Source: a virus (lineage: Duplodnaviria > Caudoviricetes). From it: a DNA stretch of 64,000 nt. This document shows positions 38,359 to 47,317 of this stretch, piece by piece. The stretch spans positions 1,687 through 65,686 of IMG/VR virus record IMGVR_UViG_3300034062_004332, one strand, 5' to 3'. How positions within the stretch are numbered: position 1 is the stretch's first letter; each line of letters begins with the position of its first letter. A program made the position numbers and the translations under genes. The notes beneath the pieces are model-generated. The model was given only the letters and a program-made list of their open reading frames with translations. It was not told the DNA's origin and did not search any database.

Positions 38359-38979
38359 GTGGCTGACTTAACGGTTCAACAACTAGAGCAGATCTACAGC
38401 TATCTAGCTCAACAGGGGGTCGTAACTCAGCCTACGACTACCGATAGGACTAAGCGCGAGATTGTATATGCTGCGTTAAACCAGATTGGCCGCAATCCCG
38501 GTCAAGTATTTGGTTATAAATTAGATGACTTTAACTTTAGTCGTGTTACATATCACCTTGGGTATAACGTAGCGACAGTCCCTGCTGGTGACTACGCTCG
38601 TCTTGAGTTGGCTTGCACGAGCATTCCAAGTCAGTACTACTTTGACAAAATTGTTCAGCAGATCGAACGCTGCGAAGAGGCTGAGCGTATCTCTGAACTT
38701 GCAGGGGGGCGTGGCACCAGTCGCCAGGAAATTATTCTGGGTGACGTGAGCCGTACTATTAGCGTTCAGGATAAACAGGAAACTGCAAAGATCTGGAGAG
38801 AAAATTATATCTTTGAAACGGATCGTTTAGCCCAGATGTTATATGTAGCTAACTACAAGAATCCGATGGTGAATCGCTATAGATTCGAGCGTAGTGGTGC
38901 GTCTTATGTTCAGGCTTTACCTGGCGCTCCTACAATGTCTCGTGCAGATAGAATTTATTTTGCAACTAACTGGCGATAA
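38359..38979 (+). CDS. Structural protein, paralog B
   Basis: LDDFNFSRVTYHLGYN...WRENYIFETDRL. Confidence 0.65.
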   Translation: MADLTVQQLEQIYSYLAQQGVVTQPTTTDRTKREIVYAALNQIGRNPGQVFGYKLDDFNFSRVTYHLGYNVATVPAGDYARLELACTSIPSQYYFDKIVQQIERCEEAERISELAGGRGTSRQEIILGDVSRTISVQDKQETAKIWRENYIFETDRLAQMLYVANYKNPMVNRYRFERSGASYVQALPGAPTMSRADRIYFATNWR

Positions 38980-39011
38980 AAGCTAATATGGTCTTAGGTC
39001 TGAGTCTGTAA

Positions 39012-40829
39012 ATGCCGATTCTCAATAGTTTATACAGAGGATTGGGCGGCACTGCCCGTTTGAAGCAACTAGCTATGCCCGTGGCTGCTACTTTAGCTCA
39101 GCGGGGTGTTAATTTTCAGCTTATAGATGCTTTAACAACTCCGGGTACAGGTCAGCGTCTTTATAATGCTGCGCAAGAACCTGTTACTAGAGCTTTAGCT
39201 GACAGGGATCGGGCGCGTCAAGTTCAGCGAGCTGCTCAACTTGGGACTCCAGCGCCCCGACCACGCGGGTGGGGTTCTGGTCAACCCCGCCCCCAGACTC
39301 CCGCGCCTGCTCCGGCTCGTGCTCAGGCCCCCTCGCGACCTGCACCCGCACCCGAGAACTGGGGACAAGGCCCTTTGCGCGGGCAAGTAGATATGTACGG
39401 TGTGAGAGCACCGGGCGTGCCGGAGCCTTTTATGCCTCCCGGTTCGTCTACATTTCAACCAAATCTTCCAAACCCCCGTGGCCCTCGTGGTCAGTTTCAG
39501 TCGATTTACGGGGAGCCGAGTGCCGTTATTCAAGGTCGGCAACGAATGGCTGTCCCGGTTGATCCGGGTGTAACTCCTGGCCCCGCTGTTAGTCCCGGTC
39601 AGATCGCAATCGACTCCCTTGGGTACAACGCTCCCACGGGGCCTTTGGGTCGGCAGCTTCTTGCCACGGATCCTGAAACGTACAAATCTATTTCCGATAT
39701 GGCGCTTGAAGCGTCTCGGAACTATGGGCGCACCGTAACGGCAGAGGATCTGCTTAGCGCCCAAACTATGCCTTCTAGATTACTCGGTGAGTACTCTAGT
39801 AGTGGCGGCGGCCTGGTTCCGACGATGGGCCGCATCGGGGCACGTCGGCAGATTCCCGGCAGCACTCAAGCACCTGGCGTTCGTATTGGTAACTCCAGCC
39901 AACCTTGGGGCGAAATGCCGGTCCGTCCTGCCCGCGTGGTTGATCTGGGCTCTACCGGCAGGCTGACTGAAGGTGCCCCGGCTGTCGCTCGGGCTGTTGA
40001 CGATGTAACACCCGCTCAAGCTGAGGCTGTTCAAGCCGTCATGCGCAACGCTGTCGGTGGTACGCAGAAAACCAATCTCAGTAATCTTTATAAGATTCTG
40101 GGCGGTATTGCAGCGGCTGGTGCTGGTGGTGCTGTACTCGCACCGATTGCTTACAACATGTTCGGCGGCGGTGGCGCTAGTGATGCAGGTGTACCTCCGC
40201 TGGCACCTGACCTCGGTGCTCCCGGTGCCTACGATGTTCCTGCTGACACCGATCAGTATGTGCCGCCTGTTGCTGCGGATTATTATGGATCGCCTGGCGC
40301 TGCTGTTGGGTCTGCCACGGGAGGTGTGCCTGGTCAAACTGCACCGGCTGTCATTCGCACGAGCGATGCTGCTAGCAATCAAAGGCAAGCAGCAGCTAAT
40401 GCTTTAGCTGCCGCCGCTGCAATGCAACCTAGCGCTCCTGCATCCTACGGAAACATCGGAGCATACTATAAAGCTCGTGGCGCTTACGCAGGTCAACCCG
40501 GCGTGGTCGGTAATCTGATTGAACAACTTATCCAAGTTGATCCTCGATTCGATCGACCGGAGTTGCAAGCATGGGCTGCCTCCAATCCGGGTTTGGCTTA
40601 CGAGCTTCTGCAAAATCAGCAGATGCCGAATCTTCAGCAGCCAGAAATTACGACAGAGTTAGGGACTAATACTGAAAATAACGCTGTCGGGAACTCTGTC
40701 GAAGCAGCTAATGTTTTGACGGATAACATGGATCCCTCCCTTCGGGATGCCACGCAACCTCGGCTTAGCGTTTCGATTCAGCGTCAGCCGATGTATTACA
40801 CCAGACCTGGGTTTGCTGGGAGGATTTAA
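39012..40829 (+). CDS. Low-complexity putative internal virion protein
   Basis: 605 aa, P/A/G-rich, one hydrophobic segment. Confidence 0.7.
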   Translation: MPILNSLYRGLGGTARLKQLAMPVAATLAQRGVNFQLIDALTTPGTGQRLYNAAQEPVTRALADRDRARQVQRAAQLGTPAPRPRGWGSGQPRPQTPAPAPARAQAPSRPAPAPENWGQGPLRGQVDMYGVRAPGVPEPFMPPGSSTFQPNLPNPRGPRGQFQSIYGEPSAVIQGRQRMAVPVDPGVTPGPAVSPGQIAIDSLGYNAPTGPLGRQLLATDPETYKSISDMALEASRNYGRTVTAEDLLSAQTMPSRLLGEYSSSGGGLVPTMGRIGARRQIPGSTQAPGVRIGNSSQPWGEMPVRPARVVDLGSTGRLTEGAPAVARAVDDVTPAQAEAVQAVMRNAVGGTQKTNLSNLYKILGGIAAAGAGGAVLAPIAYNMFGGGGASDAGVPPLAPDLGAPGAYDVPADTDQYVPPVAADYYGSPGAAVGSATGGVPGQTAPAVIRTSDAASNQRQAAANALAAAAAMQPSAPASYGNIGAYYKARGAYAGQPGVVGNLIEQLIQVDPRFDRPELQAWAASNPGLAYELLQNQQMPNLQQPEITTELGTNTENNAVGNSVEAANVLTDNMDPSLRDATQPRLSVSIQRQPMYYTRPGFAGRI

Positions 40830-40831
40830 AA

Positions 40832-41377
40832 ATGCCTACGCCTATAGAGGTTACTCCTTACAATTCTAATAATCCTAGTTGGCAGCAGGTTTTTCCGCCT
40901 CCGTCAGTTGTTCCCGGTGATTACAGCTATTCCCCGTCTAGCAGCTCCTACGGGGATGTAATTAAATACAGCGATCAAACACTCGGGCCTGACGCACCTA
41001 GTCCTTATACAACTCCTCCTGCTTCTTCTGTTGCTTCCCAGCCTGCTTCATCCAATTGGATGGACTACCTCAAAGCGGGCGGCCTTGCTTTAAGCGCAGC
41101 GGGTGACGCCATCCGAGCTTTCCGTGGTGAGCCCACGCCTCCTGGCAGCAGTCCTTTCCAGCAATACCTTGCTCAAGAGGAGCAGAAAGAATCTGATAAG
41201 CGCCTAGCGCAGTTGCTTAAAGATGCCATGGGTGCGTCTTCGACTGAGGCTATTACCGGAGTTTTAGATCCTGCTGCTGAGAGACGCAGACAAGGATCTT
41301 TTTTCGGAGCTTTACCTTCTCTTGCCGGTATTGGTTCGAGTAGCGGTACTCGGATGGCCGGTAGTTTCCTTAGCTGA
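40832..41377 (+). CDS. Putative internal virion protein
   Basis: 181 aa, S/P-rich. Confidence 0.65.
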   Translation: MPTPIEVTPYNSNNPSWQQVFPPPSVVPGDYSYSPSSSSYGDVIKYSDQTLGPDAPSPYTTPPASSVASQPASSNWMDYLKAGGLALSAAGDAIRAFRGEPTPPGSSPFQQYLAQEEQKESDKRLAQLLKDAMGASSTEAITGVLDPAAERRRQGSFFGALPSLAGIGSSSGTRMAGSFLS

Positions 41378-41419
41378 GTACCATGGCGTCAACTCCGACA
41401 CGTATGATCGTTGTCTTAA

Positions 41420-42016
41420 TTAGTTAAAAGCTTCGGGAAGATAGATTTTCTCTAGTTCATCCACAGGCTTTACCGCAAAGGCTTTGTCTAAAGGCCAACC
41501 TTTATCCAGTCTTTTTCTCATGCTGTTAGGTTTTATCCCTACGTAATCAGCCCAGTCTTTTATACACATAGTTTTACCTTCGTAGGTGTATAAGCGAGTC
41601 GCTCTCTTACCACCTCGGTTACGTGTTTGTTCTTTATGCGTGGCCCAGCGACAGTTTTCCTTGCAGTAGTTTTTATCGTTATCGATTCTCTCTAGTTCCA
41701 TTTTAGGGTCAGGTTTCTCTCCCATATCATTTAGAAAAGCTAGGAAATTGTTCCATGCTGGATCATAAGTAATTCCCCTGGCGCCGTATCTTGAATAATT
41801 TTTGTGGTTTGGGTTATTGCAGCGGTCTTTCATCGCGCACCACGATCCGTACTCAGGCGTTCTATTTTTGTTACCTCCGTGCTTAAAAGAGGCACAATTC
41901 TTGGAGCAATAGGTGTACCCACGATCTCGTAGTCGCTTGCGGTGCCAGGCTGCTGCGTTTCCGGTTCGCACATAAAGCTGGCCACAGCGAGCGCACCTGA
42001 ATTCTGTTTGTAGCAT
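41420..42016 (-). CDS. Free-standing HNH homing endonuclease
   Basis: PEYGSWCAMKDRC..YGARGI..ERIDNDKNYCKENCRWAT; antisense to the operon. Confidence 0.88.
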   Translation of the reverse strand: MLQTEFRCARCGQLYVRTGNAAAWHRKRLRDRGYTYCSKNCASFKHGGNKNRTPEYGSWCAMKDRCNNPNHKNYSRYGARGITYDPAWNNFLAFLNDMGEKPDPKMELERIDNDKNYCKENCRWATHKEQTRNRGGKRATRLYTYEGKTMCIKDWADYVGIKPNSMRKRLDKGWPLDKAFAVKPVDELEKIYLPEAFN

Positions 42017-42065
42017 TAGAATACGAGAAGTTTTCGGAGGCCCCTGTCAAAATACCGCAGGCAGG

Positions 42066-42632
42066 GTGTTTAGTCAAATATCCAGTACTAGCACGAACAA
42101 GGCTCCCGCGCTTATCGACCGCCCGTTCCTTCGGGGCGCCAGGATCAATAACAGCACTCAGACGTGCGATCCGACAAACCCGAACCTAACTGACCTGATT
42201 CAGTTAGTCCGCGTGGGCGATCTTCCGTCTGAAGACGCTGCGCTGGTTGAAGACATCACCATCATTTCAAATGAGGATTACCCAGACAATTCTGGGCGAC
42301 GCACCTGCGACATAGGATTATATGTATACGCTCCAAACCAATCTGCGCCTTCTACTTCGGCTGCCATGATGATTGGGCGGTTTGAAGTGGGTCTCAGTGG
42401 CTCCACTTTTGGGTATCCCCTTCCGATTCAGCTGTTTGGAATCAACGCTCCTGTGCCGCAGGTCGGCGATACCAGCATCGTCGCTCCGATTCAGTTAGGT
42501 AAAGGCGAAGGACTTTACTTAGAGAAGGGTTACATCCTGTGTGTCGGCTATTTGGGTAACGGTCCCGCCGCTGTGTCTGGTGGTCTGAGTCCCTCGGGTA
42601 TCACAATCTGGAGCCAGGGCGGGTTCTATTAA
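42066..42632 (+). CDS. Virion structural protein (start uncertain)
   Basis: STSTNKAPALIDRP...QGGFY. Confidence 0.7.
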   Translation: MFSQISSTSTNKAPALIDRPFLRGARINNSTQTCDPTNPNLTDLIQLVRVGDLPSEDAALVEDITIISNEDYPDNSGRRTCDIGLYVYAPNQSAPSTSAAMMIGRFEVGLSGSTFGYPLPIQLFGINAPVPQVGDTSIVAPIQLGKGEGLYLEKGYILCVGYLGNGPAAVSGGLSPSGITIWSQGGFY

Positions 42633-42635
42633 GCC

Positions 42636-44171
42636 GTGGCCAAACGCTCCGCTGGGGATAACTTTAACCCCAAGCGTTATGAGGGCGCAAAACGCATAGA
42701 AAAGAACGGTCACTTTCATGGAGCCGACTCTTCTTTTCAGCTTTCGCGCCCGATGCCTTTTAAACAAAGGTTTCGCCCGGCTGTAGGTACAAAAGACTTC
42801 AGCATTCTTAGTGACTACGATTACGCGTCACTTTGGAGCCGATGGCGCCGTGGCTATGAACTGTCAATGTACACCCAGCAGGTGTACCAAGCGTATGAAA
42901 ATAGCTACAAGTACTACTACACTAATGTGATTGGGGTAGGGCCTTACATACCTGGCCTTATGTTTATGTACCCCAATACGCGCAATGACGAGCGTATGTG
43001 GTCGGTGTTTATTCAACCTCAGGGATCGTTTAATTTCAAAGATTTTGGGTTAGCTGTTTCTTCTGTTACTGACTATACAGACACAATATATGCTGTTCAG
43101 TTTTCAAATTCTTTTGGTTTACCTGTATCCTCTTTTAAAGGAGAAGTTATAGCCAATAGAATTGACTCCAGCGGCATCCAACGTAAATTCGGTTTTGGAA
43201 ACTATACAGTTGTTGGAGTTGGTCTTAACGGTGTCTTAGACAATAATGTAAATTATTCGTCATTGTATAACACTTTATTCTTGAGTCATGACGAAGCAAC
43301 GAGTTGGCAAGTAGTTGACGCTAATACTCTGCAAGTGCCTGCGGCTGGTCCTCCCAGTGTGGGAGATTTTTTCACCACGGAACTCAAAGCGCAGTGTAAC
43401 TGTCCTGATTTTTTAAATAGAGAAACTGTCAATCTGTATGAAATTAGTCTCAAAAAGAGATACCCGTACACGGGTGTTCTCAACATGAAGCCTGGTTTTT
43501 ATGACGCAGGGTCTCAAAGCCAAGAAGATAGAGTTTTAAGATCTATAGACGATCCAGGTTGGGCTCGAAGTTTTGGTTTTATCTATTTAAACGAGATATA
43601 CAATATTCCTAATTATACTCAAGATACATACTCAGATCCTAATTTGTATTATTTTCAGCCCAAATGGTGTAAACATATTTATGCTGCTATGTGGGATCTG
43701 CAGCGTAAATTTAATCAGGGTGATGCAGTAGCTGAATGGCTGCCTCAGCCTAACGACGAGCCTACGCACCCTGCTTATCGAGAGATGTTCGACAGGGACC
43801 TCGATAAACAAATGAACTTCTTTAAGCGCGAGCGCGATTACAGATGGTGGCTTCGGTACGGTCCAACAAGATCTGAATTACCTACTCGTGTTTTAAATCC
43901 TGATACGTATAATGTATTTTCTAAATTAACTAACGCTGGAACATTAGACAGTCCTACGGTTGTTTTGGCTTCTGGGCTTACTTTTTTTGACACTAACTCA
44001 TATACTCCTTTTGTACCTCCTTCCGGTTTAGACGTTTATGATGGCGGAACTTACGCTAGCGGTATCCGTCTGCCTCCCGCCCCCGTGGTTACTCTTGATG
44101 GAGGGCAGTATGCCAGCGGTATCTTAATTTCTGCTATTGCGTTTCCTATTAACGGAGGTATCTATACATGA
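42636..44171 (+). CDS. Structural protein with split SWIM-like motif
   Basis: CNCPDF ... CKHIYA; C-terminal DGGxY repeats. Confidence 0.65.
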   Translation: MAKRSAGDNFNPKRYEGAKRIEKNGHFHGADSSFQLSRPMPFKQRFRPAVGTKDFSILSDYDYASLWSRWRRGYELSMYTQQVYQAYENSYKYYYTNVIGVGPYIPGLMFMYPNTRNDERMWSVFIQPQGSFNFKDFGLAVSSVTDYTDTIYAVQFSNSFGLPVSSFKGEVIANRIDSSGIQRKFGFGNYTVVGVGLNGVLDNNVNYSSLYNTLFLSHDEATSWQVVDANTLQVPAAGPPSVGDFFTTELKAQCNCPDFLNRETVNLYEISLKKRYPYTGVLNMKPGFYDAGSQSQEDRVLRSIDDPGWARSFGFIYLNEIYNIPNYTQDTYSDPNLYYFQPKWCKHIYAAMWDLQRKFNQGDAVAEWLPQPNDEPTHPAYREMFDRDLDKQMNFFKRERDYRWWLRYGPTRSELPTRVLNPDTYNVFSKLTNAGTLDSPTVVLASGLTFFDTNSYTPFVPPSGLDVYDGGTYASGIRLPPAPVVTLDGGQYASGILISAIAFPINGGIYT

Positions 44172-45109
44172 CTTCAACTCCTGTAACTATTCTTGTTTTA
44201 CGGTCTAACTTAAATTCAGATAGACCTAGCGGCACTATTCTCCAGTTTGGAGAAATGGCCTTGTGCGCTGGGTCAGGTGATCCTGGATTCTATTTTCTTG
44301 ACACTAATAGCGATGTTCGTAAGATCGGTCCTGCGGGGTATGGAACGACAGCTCCTAACGCTATCTATGTAGGAGCCTCGGGCAACTCTGTTGGCGAAGC
44401 GTGGACTGATTCAAATGTACATAACTATTACAAAGTTTGGAATGGTGTTGATTGGGTTAAGGTAAGTGCAGGGTTTTCTGATACAGCTACGTTATCTTCC
44501 GGGGCTGTTCAAGCATCAGGTGCTTTACTTGCATCTGGAGCTTATCTAGCTTCTGGTGCTATACAGGCATCTGGGGCTATCTTGTCTTCGGGTGCTCTAT
44601 TAGCATCAGGTGCTTATCTTGCGTCCGGTGCTATACAGGCTTCTGGGGCTATTCTAGCTTCAGGTGCTTTACTTGCATCTGGAGCTTATCTAGCTTCGGG
44701 TGCAATACAAGCGTCTGGAGCTATCTTAGCGTCTGGGGCTATTACTAGCGAAACAGCTACACTCGCATCGGGAGCTATTTTAGCTTCTGGTGCTGTCTCT
44801 TCCACTTCAAGCACTACTACTATTCTGGCTTCAGGTGCTGTTCTAGCGTCCGGCGCAATATTTAGCGAAACAGCAGCACTAGCTTCAGGCGCTATTTTGG
44901 CGTCTGGTTCTGTTTTTAGTGATACAGCAACACTTGCATCCGGCGCTGTTTATGCCTCTGGTGCTAGTTCAATTGCCACGGTGATTGCAAGCGGACTGCC
45001 TGATCCGGTGACGATTGAATCCGGCGTGGCTTACTTGCAGCTCGAAAGTTCGGGCACGTATCCGTCTGGTTTGTACATACGTGCCGGGAGTGACTGGTAC
45101 TTTATCTAA
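44168..45109 (+). CDS. Fibre-like protein with (xxASGA)n hexad repeats
   Basis: Fibre-type N-terminus (RPSGTILQFGE...KIGP..GTTAPN) plus about 23 Ser-Gly hexads. Confidence 0.75.
   Translation: MTSTPVTILVLRSNLNSDRPSGTILQFGEMALCAGSGDPGFYFLDTNSDVRKIGPAGYGTTAPNAIYVGASGNSVGEAWTDSNVHNYYKVWNGVDWVKVSAGFSDTATLSSGAVQASGALLASGAYLASGAIQASGAILSSGALLASGAYLASGAIQASGAILASGALLASGAYLASGAIQASGAILASGAITSETATLASGAILASGAVSSTSSTTTILASGAVLASGAIFSETAALASGAILASGSVFSDTATLASGAVYASGASSIATVIASGLPDPVTIESGVAYLQLESSGTYPSGLYIRAGSDWYFI
44490..44990 (+). repeat. Degenerate 18-nt coding tandem repeat (72-nt higher-order unit)
   Basis: SGAIQASGAILASGALLASGAYLA about x3, synonymously diverged. Confidence 0.85.
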
Positions 45110-45651
45110 CCGCGCAGAGTTGCTTTAAGCATCCATGAGGACTTAAAGCAGAAGTTGACGGTGTTAGCCAATAGATTCTCGGCATCAGGTGCTTCTACTT
45201 CCCGAGCAACTTCAATAATTTCTTTAGCCATCATTCCGCACTGTTCAAGATTACGAAGATACACCGTAGACATATCGCGAGCGTCGTTTGATTTAACGTG
45301 AATAAACTTAGGACAAGCGTTATTCAAACCTCGCTCACACATAGGCATTAGATAATCCATAGAGCGGATTAACTCTGCTACTGTGTCAAACTCTTCAACA
45401 AGTTGCGTGTACTGTTTTTTAAAAAATTTGTGTAGAGGAAAGAATAACGGCCCTTCAATGTTTAAGTGGATTAAGTGCGACTGCATGTACAGTTTATCTA
45501 AAAGAGAGCACAGGGACACCATTTGGTTTATGAGATCGCCAAGCGATGCCCCCGTGGCCTCTTCCGCCTCTGGCATGTTCTCTTCGCCCATATCCGTATC
45601 CATTTGATTAGGAGTGATTTGTTGCTGAGAGAACATACCAGAGAGCGTCAT
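45106..45651 (-). CDS. dps: Dps/ferritin-like protein
   Basis: HLIHLNIEGPLFFPLHKFF..QY....DTVAELIR ferroxidase signature. Confidence 0.85.
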   Translation of the reverse strand: MTLSGMFSQQQITPNQMDTDMGEENMPEAEEATGASLGDLINQMVSLCSLLDKLYMQSHLIHLNIEGPLFFPLHKFFKKQYTQLVEEFDTVAELIRSMDYLMPMCERGLNNACPKFIHVKSNDARDMSTVYLRNLEQCGMMAKEIIEVAREVEAPDAENLLANTVNFCFKSSWMLKATLRG

Positions 45652-45655
45652 AGGA

Positions 45656-45925
45656 TCAGGCTGCGCAGGCAGCAGGCTCGGTTTCGGTTACGGTTTCTTC
45701 AACTTTAGCGTTGGTGGTTCCTTCGAGATACTCTTCGAGAGCAGACTTTTTGACCCGATACAGGGCCTTTGCACCGTTGGGTTGGAGGTTCACATAGACG
45801 GTTTTAGGCCAACCGCCGGGCTGATTGCCTTCGGAGAGCGCAATACGCTTCCGCACAAACCCACTGCTGCAGTTAAGCAGTTCAGCGGTTTCGGCGATCG
45901 TGAGCAGAGTTTTGCTGTCAGTCAT
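45656..45925 (-). CDS. Excisionase-like HTH protein
   Basis: LLTIAETAELLNCSSGFVRKRI. Confidence 0.75.
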   Translation of the reverse strand: MTDSKTLLTIAETAELLNCSSGFVRKRIALSEGNQPGGWPKTVYVNLQPNGAKALYRVKKSALEEYLEGTTNAKVEETVTETEPAACAA

Positions 45926-46008
45926 GTAGAGCGCTTAGGAGAACGCAACTGGAATATATTACCCTGAAACACGCCTATGGCAACTGACTTTTGCTGTTTA
46001 ATAATTTT

Positions 46009-46695
46009 TTAATTTTTATGAAGAGGGCTCGGACTCCTCCTAGCTCTACTGTGTTTGCCTTTAAGTCCTAATTGGTTTTTAAGCTTTGCCACGGTAGCTG
46101 TAGATACGTTGAGTGTTGAGACTATTTCGTTGACGTAGTATCCTTGCTGCAACATATCTACAATTTTATCGTTTCTGTGCTCTTTTTTCCTTGCGTAAGT
46201 TTCTTTGATTTTTGTTATTGTTTGAATTGATCGTTTTTTCCCTAGATGCGCTCGTACGGGATTATTTAATTTAGCTTGTCTTAGTTTTTCTTTATGTTCT
46301 TCAGTAAGTTTTTTACCTTTACCTTTTTTACTTATCTTCTCTCTAACTTCTTTTCTTTTCGTTGGGTTTAAATATCCCACTAAACCTCCTCTGCCTCCGG
46401 CTGCTATGTTAAATTGTGGTTTAAATTCTGCTATCCACTTTACTTCTGCTTCGTCAATACTCTCTTCAGTAACAAACTCTAGCACACCTTTTATTCCAAC
46501 TTTTTTAATTTTATTGGGAATAACACCTCCTGTGTAGTAATTAAACCTAGTTCCTGTACTTTTACCTACGTATTTAACTACTCCTTCATACGATATAGCG
46601 TATATGTGCGGCACAGCGAATGTATTATTAAAGTCGTAAGGAGATTTCCATTTATACTTGAATTGGCTAGGGTCTGGGAGTGAGCTTATGTCCAT
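46009..46695 (-). CDS. GIY-YIG homing endonuclease with NUMOD3 repeats
   Basis: HIYAI..KYVGKS; GKKLTEEHKEKL; AT-rich; likely ATG at 46695. Confidence 0.8.
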   Translation of the reverse strand: MDISSLPDPSQFKYKWKSPYDFNNTFAVPHIYAISYEGVVKYVGKSTGTRFNYYTGGVIPNKIKKVGIKGVLEFVTEESIDEAEVKWIAEFKPQFNIAAGGRGGLVGYLNPTKRKEVREKISKKGKGKKLTEEHKEKLRQAKLNNPVRAHLGKKRSIQTITKIKETYARKKEHRNDKIVDMLQQGYYVNEIVSTLNVSTATVAKLKNQLGLKGKHSRARRSPSPLHKN

Positions 46696-46936
46696 TAGAA
46701 TTGCTGGAGAAGTTTTCAAAAATTTTAACGTTCCCAAGCGGGATGTCCAGGGCGGCAAGGAATTTGCCGTGGCGGCTAAAGATGGTGACACGGTTCGCTT
46801 AGTTAGATTCGGCGATCCGAATATGAAGAATCGCAGCGATGATCCCGATCGTCGTAAAGCGTTCCGCAGCCGTCATAGCTGCGACGAGCCTAAGAGCAAG
46901 CTGTCTCCTGGGTACTGGTCTTGTAAAGCTTGGTAA
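46688..46936 (+). CDS. DUF6321-like phage protein
   Basis: VRFGDPNM..RRKAFRSRHSC..GYWSCKAW. Confidence 0.8.
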   Translation: MSIRIAGEVFKNFNVPKRDVQGGKEFAVAAKDGDTVRLVRFGDPNMKNRSDDPDRRKAFRSRHSCDEPKSKLSPGYWSCKAW

Positions 46937-47007
46937 CACTGTGCGTTCTGTGCATTTTAAATTTCTCTGGAGGGTGCCGCTAGACTGAATAGAGACACCG
47001 ATTCGCT

Positions 47008-47256
47008 ATGGGCGCTTCCGGTCACGACCACACCCTTTCGTGTAACTTGCAGCTTGAGGATGAGTTTGTATTAACTCAGATTCGAGCTAAAGCTAAAGCT
47101 TTAACTAATCAAAAAGATCGAGATCAGTTCTTTTGGTCTACTGTTTACAGATTTGTGTGCCGCGAACGAGCTTATAAGACAGTAATGAGTGACATGGGTA
47201 TACGTATAGATACTAATGTGAAAATAATCGAGGATGACGCTGCTGAAAGTAAATAG
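47008..47256 (+). CDS. Hypothetical protein
   Basis: 82 aa; TAGACT -10 at 46981. Confidence 0.55.
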   Translation: MGASGHDHTLSCNLQLEDEFVLTQIRAKAKALTNQKDRDQFFWSTVYRFVCRERAYKTVMSDMGIRIDTNVKIIEDDAAESK

Positions 47257-47317
47257 TCGTTTGATCTAGAATATCCGTATTCAGCTAAAGCTGCGGATTT
47301 TACCTTCGGCGTAAGTC

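Noticed and set aside
39187-40613. Multiple alternative-frame and antisense ORFs inside 39012..40829
   Set aside because: Shadow ORFs of a GC-rich low-complexity gene with no independent signals
41395-42085. Group I intron around the HNH gene
   Set aside because: No P/Q/R/S core, no frame-restoring U...G boundaries, and the ORF is antisense
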